Notes under the pieces: generated by a model
Databases searched by the model: none
What the model was told of the DNA's origin: nothing
The model's input: the letters and a program-made list of their open reading frames with translations, nothing else
Sequence record: MK054224.1
Length of the DNA: 16,044 nucleotides
Direction: 5' to 3' (one strand)
Program-made: the position numbers and the translations under genes
Shown here: in pieces, positions 15,077 to 16,044 of the stretch
How positions within the stretch are numbered: position 1 is the first letter of the stretch
How the letters are laid out: every line of letters starts with the position of its first letter

Positions 15077-15172
15077 ATGGACTCGATATGGCTTTTAGTT
15101 TTAGCAGGCATTGGGTTGGAGTCACTCTTTATTTATTATATGGAAAGGCTAAGGCGTGTGTCCAACACGTAA
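15077..15172 (+). CDS. Small single-pass membrane peptide (31 aa), absent from ORF track
   Basis: MDSIWLLVLAGIGLESLFIYYMERLRRVSNT; hydrophobic stretch followed by basic residues; promoter-like sequence at leaderless spacing. Confidence 0.55.
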   Translation: MDSIWLLVLAGIGLESLFIYYMERLRRVSNT

Positions 15173-15193
15173 GTTACATGCACCCTCTCTTAC

Positions 15194-15265
15194 TAGGGGT
15201 ACCGGGGTTAAGGTACCCTATGGGGTACCGATGTACCCCCATGGGTGCCGGGTTCAGCCCGGCAC
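15194..15265. repeat. Three consecutive GC-rich hairpins built on GGTAC(C) motifs
   Basis: GGGTACC(15197-203)/GGTACCC(15212-218); GGGGTAC(15222-228)/GTACCCC(15233-239); GTGCCGGG(15245-252)/CCCGGCAC(15258-265), the last overlapping the int stop. Confidence 0.85.
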
Positions 15266-16044
15266 TTTGGACAGCCATTCCGCGTACTTCTTATACTCTT
15301 TTTTCGCTAAAGCGTATAAGTCCAAATAATGTTTTGTTAGCACGTCACTAGGTGTTCGTCCTTCTATGAAATCTATGACTTGACTTGGTATTTCCAATTC
15401 CGCCATTTTTGTTGCCACGAATTTGCGAAAATATTTAGGCGGGACTAAGTTCAACCTCCTTATCGCACTGGTAATCTGTCCTTCAGTTATCTTTATTTTC
15501 CGTAGAGGCGTGATGTGGAATAGGTAGAAACTCTTCTTTTGCCCCCTGACCCAATTGAGGACGTAAATACTAAAGCCGTCCTCATTAATTTCGTTTTTCT
15601 CGTCATAATTGCTTAGGACTTTAAGCACTTCTCTTTCTCTTCCGCCCGACTCTAAAAGTAGTCTGTAAAACGTGTATAACGCGTAGTTATCCCTTACCGC
15701 GTTGAGGGTCTTCCAGACTTCTTCTAATGTCGGCACGCGTAAGTCCGGTTTCGTCTTTTTCGGTTTCAGGTCTTTAGGCGGGTCTTTGTTCAGCACGAGT
15801 TTGTAGAAATTCCTCCACGCTTTGATGCAATTATTCGATTCTTTTCTTCCTTGCTTAACGCACGAGATATATTTCTTTATTGTCTCTTCACTGATATTCT
15901 TACTACGTAAAGCAATTTCGAATTTGAGTAAATCACTTGCGGAAATTTCAGAGTTGTTAGAAAGCGTTAGATTAGAGTCAATTATTCTAACTCCTTTCAA
16001 TTCATCATAATTAGCATTGGGGGTCTTAGGGGGTGTCCCCCCTA
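15254..16044 (-). CDS. int: Integrase C-terminal catalytic fragment, int(C), tyrosine recombinase
   Basis: LLLESGGRERE (Arg), KYFRK, EGR and KHY (Tyr) motifs; frame stays open from 16042 (GGTPPKTPNANYDELKGV) and joins int(N) through the att. Confidence 0.95.
   Translation of the reverse strand, partial: GGTPPKTPNANYDELKGVRIIDSNLTLSNNSEISASDLLKFEIALRSKNISEETIKKYISCVKQGRKESNNCIKAWRNFYKLVLNKDPPKDLKPKKTKPDLRVPTLEEVWKTLNAVRDNYALYTFYRLLLESGGREREVLKVLSNYDEKNEINEDGFSIYVLNWVRGQKKSFYLFHITPLRKIKITEGQITSAIRRLNLVPPKYFRKFVATKMAELEIPSQVIDFIEGRTPSDVLTKHYLDLYALAKKEYKKYAEWLSKVPG

Larger units (their letters stand above)
1..16044. mobile_element. Complete fusellovirus (SSV-like) genome or provirus unit, linearised at att
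   Basis: Recognisable VP1/VP3/VP4, SSV core gene order, integrase split at a tRNA-derived att; the two window ends join to give a continuous int reading frame. Confidence 0.97.

Noticed and set aside
15247-15263. Resemblance of GCCGGGTTCAGCCCGGC to the tRNA T-arm in att (CCGGGTTCAAATCCCGG), as a second att
   Set aside because: Match is only about 9 bp plus a stem, the loop length differs, and no anticodon or acceptor sequence is adjacent.
15088-15351. 87-aa plus-strand ORF
   Set aside because: Runs through the hairpin cluster and antisense into int; the 31-aa frame at 15077 has better promoter spacing and a coherent TM sequence.
15822-16010. 62-aa plus-strand ORF
   Set aside because: Antisense to the integrase.

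Overview
The window is one complete unit of a fusellovirus (Sulfolobus spindle-shaped virus, SSV family), about 16.0 kb. It is opened at its attachment site, so it is either a provirus cut from att to just before the second att copy, or a linearised circle. Bases 1-49 are the 3' part of a tRNA-Asp(GUC). The tyrosine integrase is split across the window ends (226->1 and 16044->15254, minus strand) and rejoins in frame to 338 aa. The right half carries the usual SSV core in SSV1 order: A291-like secreted protein, VP4, B78-, C166- and B115-like genes, VP1, VP3 (no VP2), then A82-, C84/A92-, B277- and A154-like genes and a B251-like ATPase. The early region has two divergent operons with near-identical operator-flanked promoters around an F93-like winged-helix regulator. 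The rightward operon holds A100-, C80-, A79- and B129-like genes. The leftward operon is the unusual part: RHH protein, SSB-like acidic-tailed protein, Cys4 protein, unknown protein, a 533-aa MCM-like AAA+ protein with C-terminal winged helices, and a small ORF. It ends at an approximately 390-bp non-coding block of iterons and palindromes, and the whole looks like a self-contained origin plus helicase replication module. Other points of interest are a putative toxin flanked by small membrane proteins, and a 31-aa membrane peptide missing from the ORF track, with its own promoter and a following triple-hairpin cluster. All homolog names come from recalled motifs and gene order, not from database searches.
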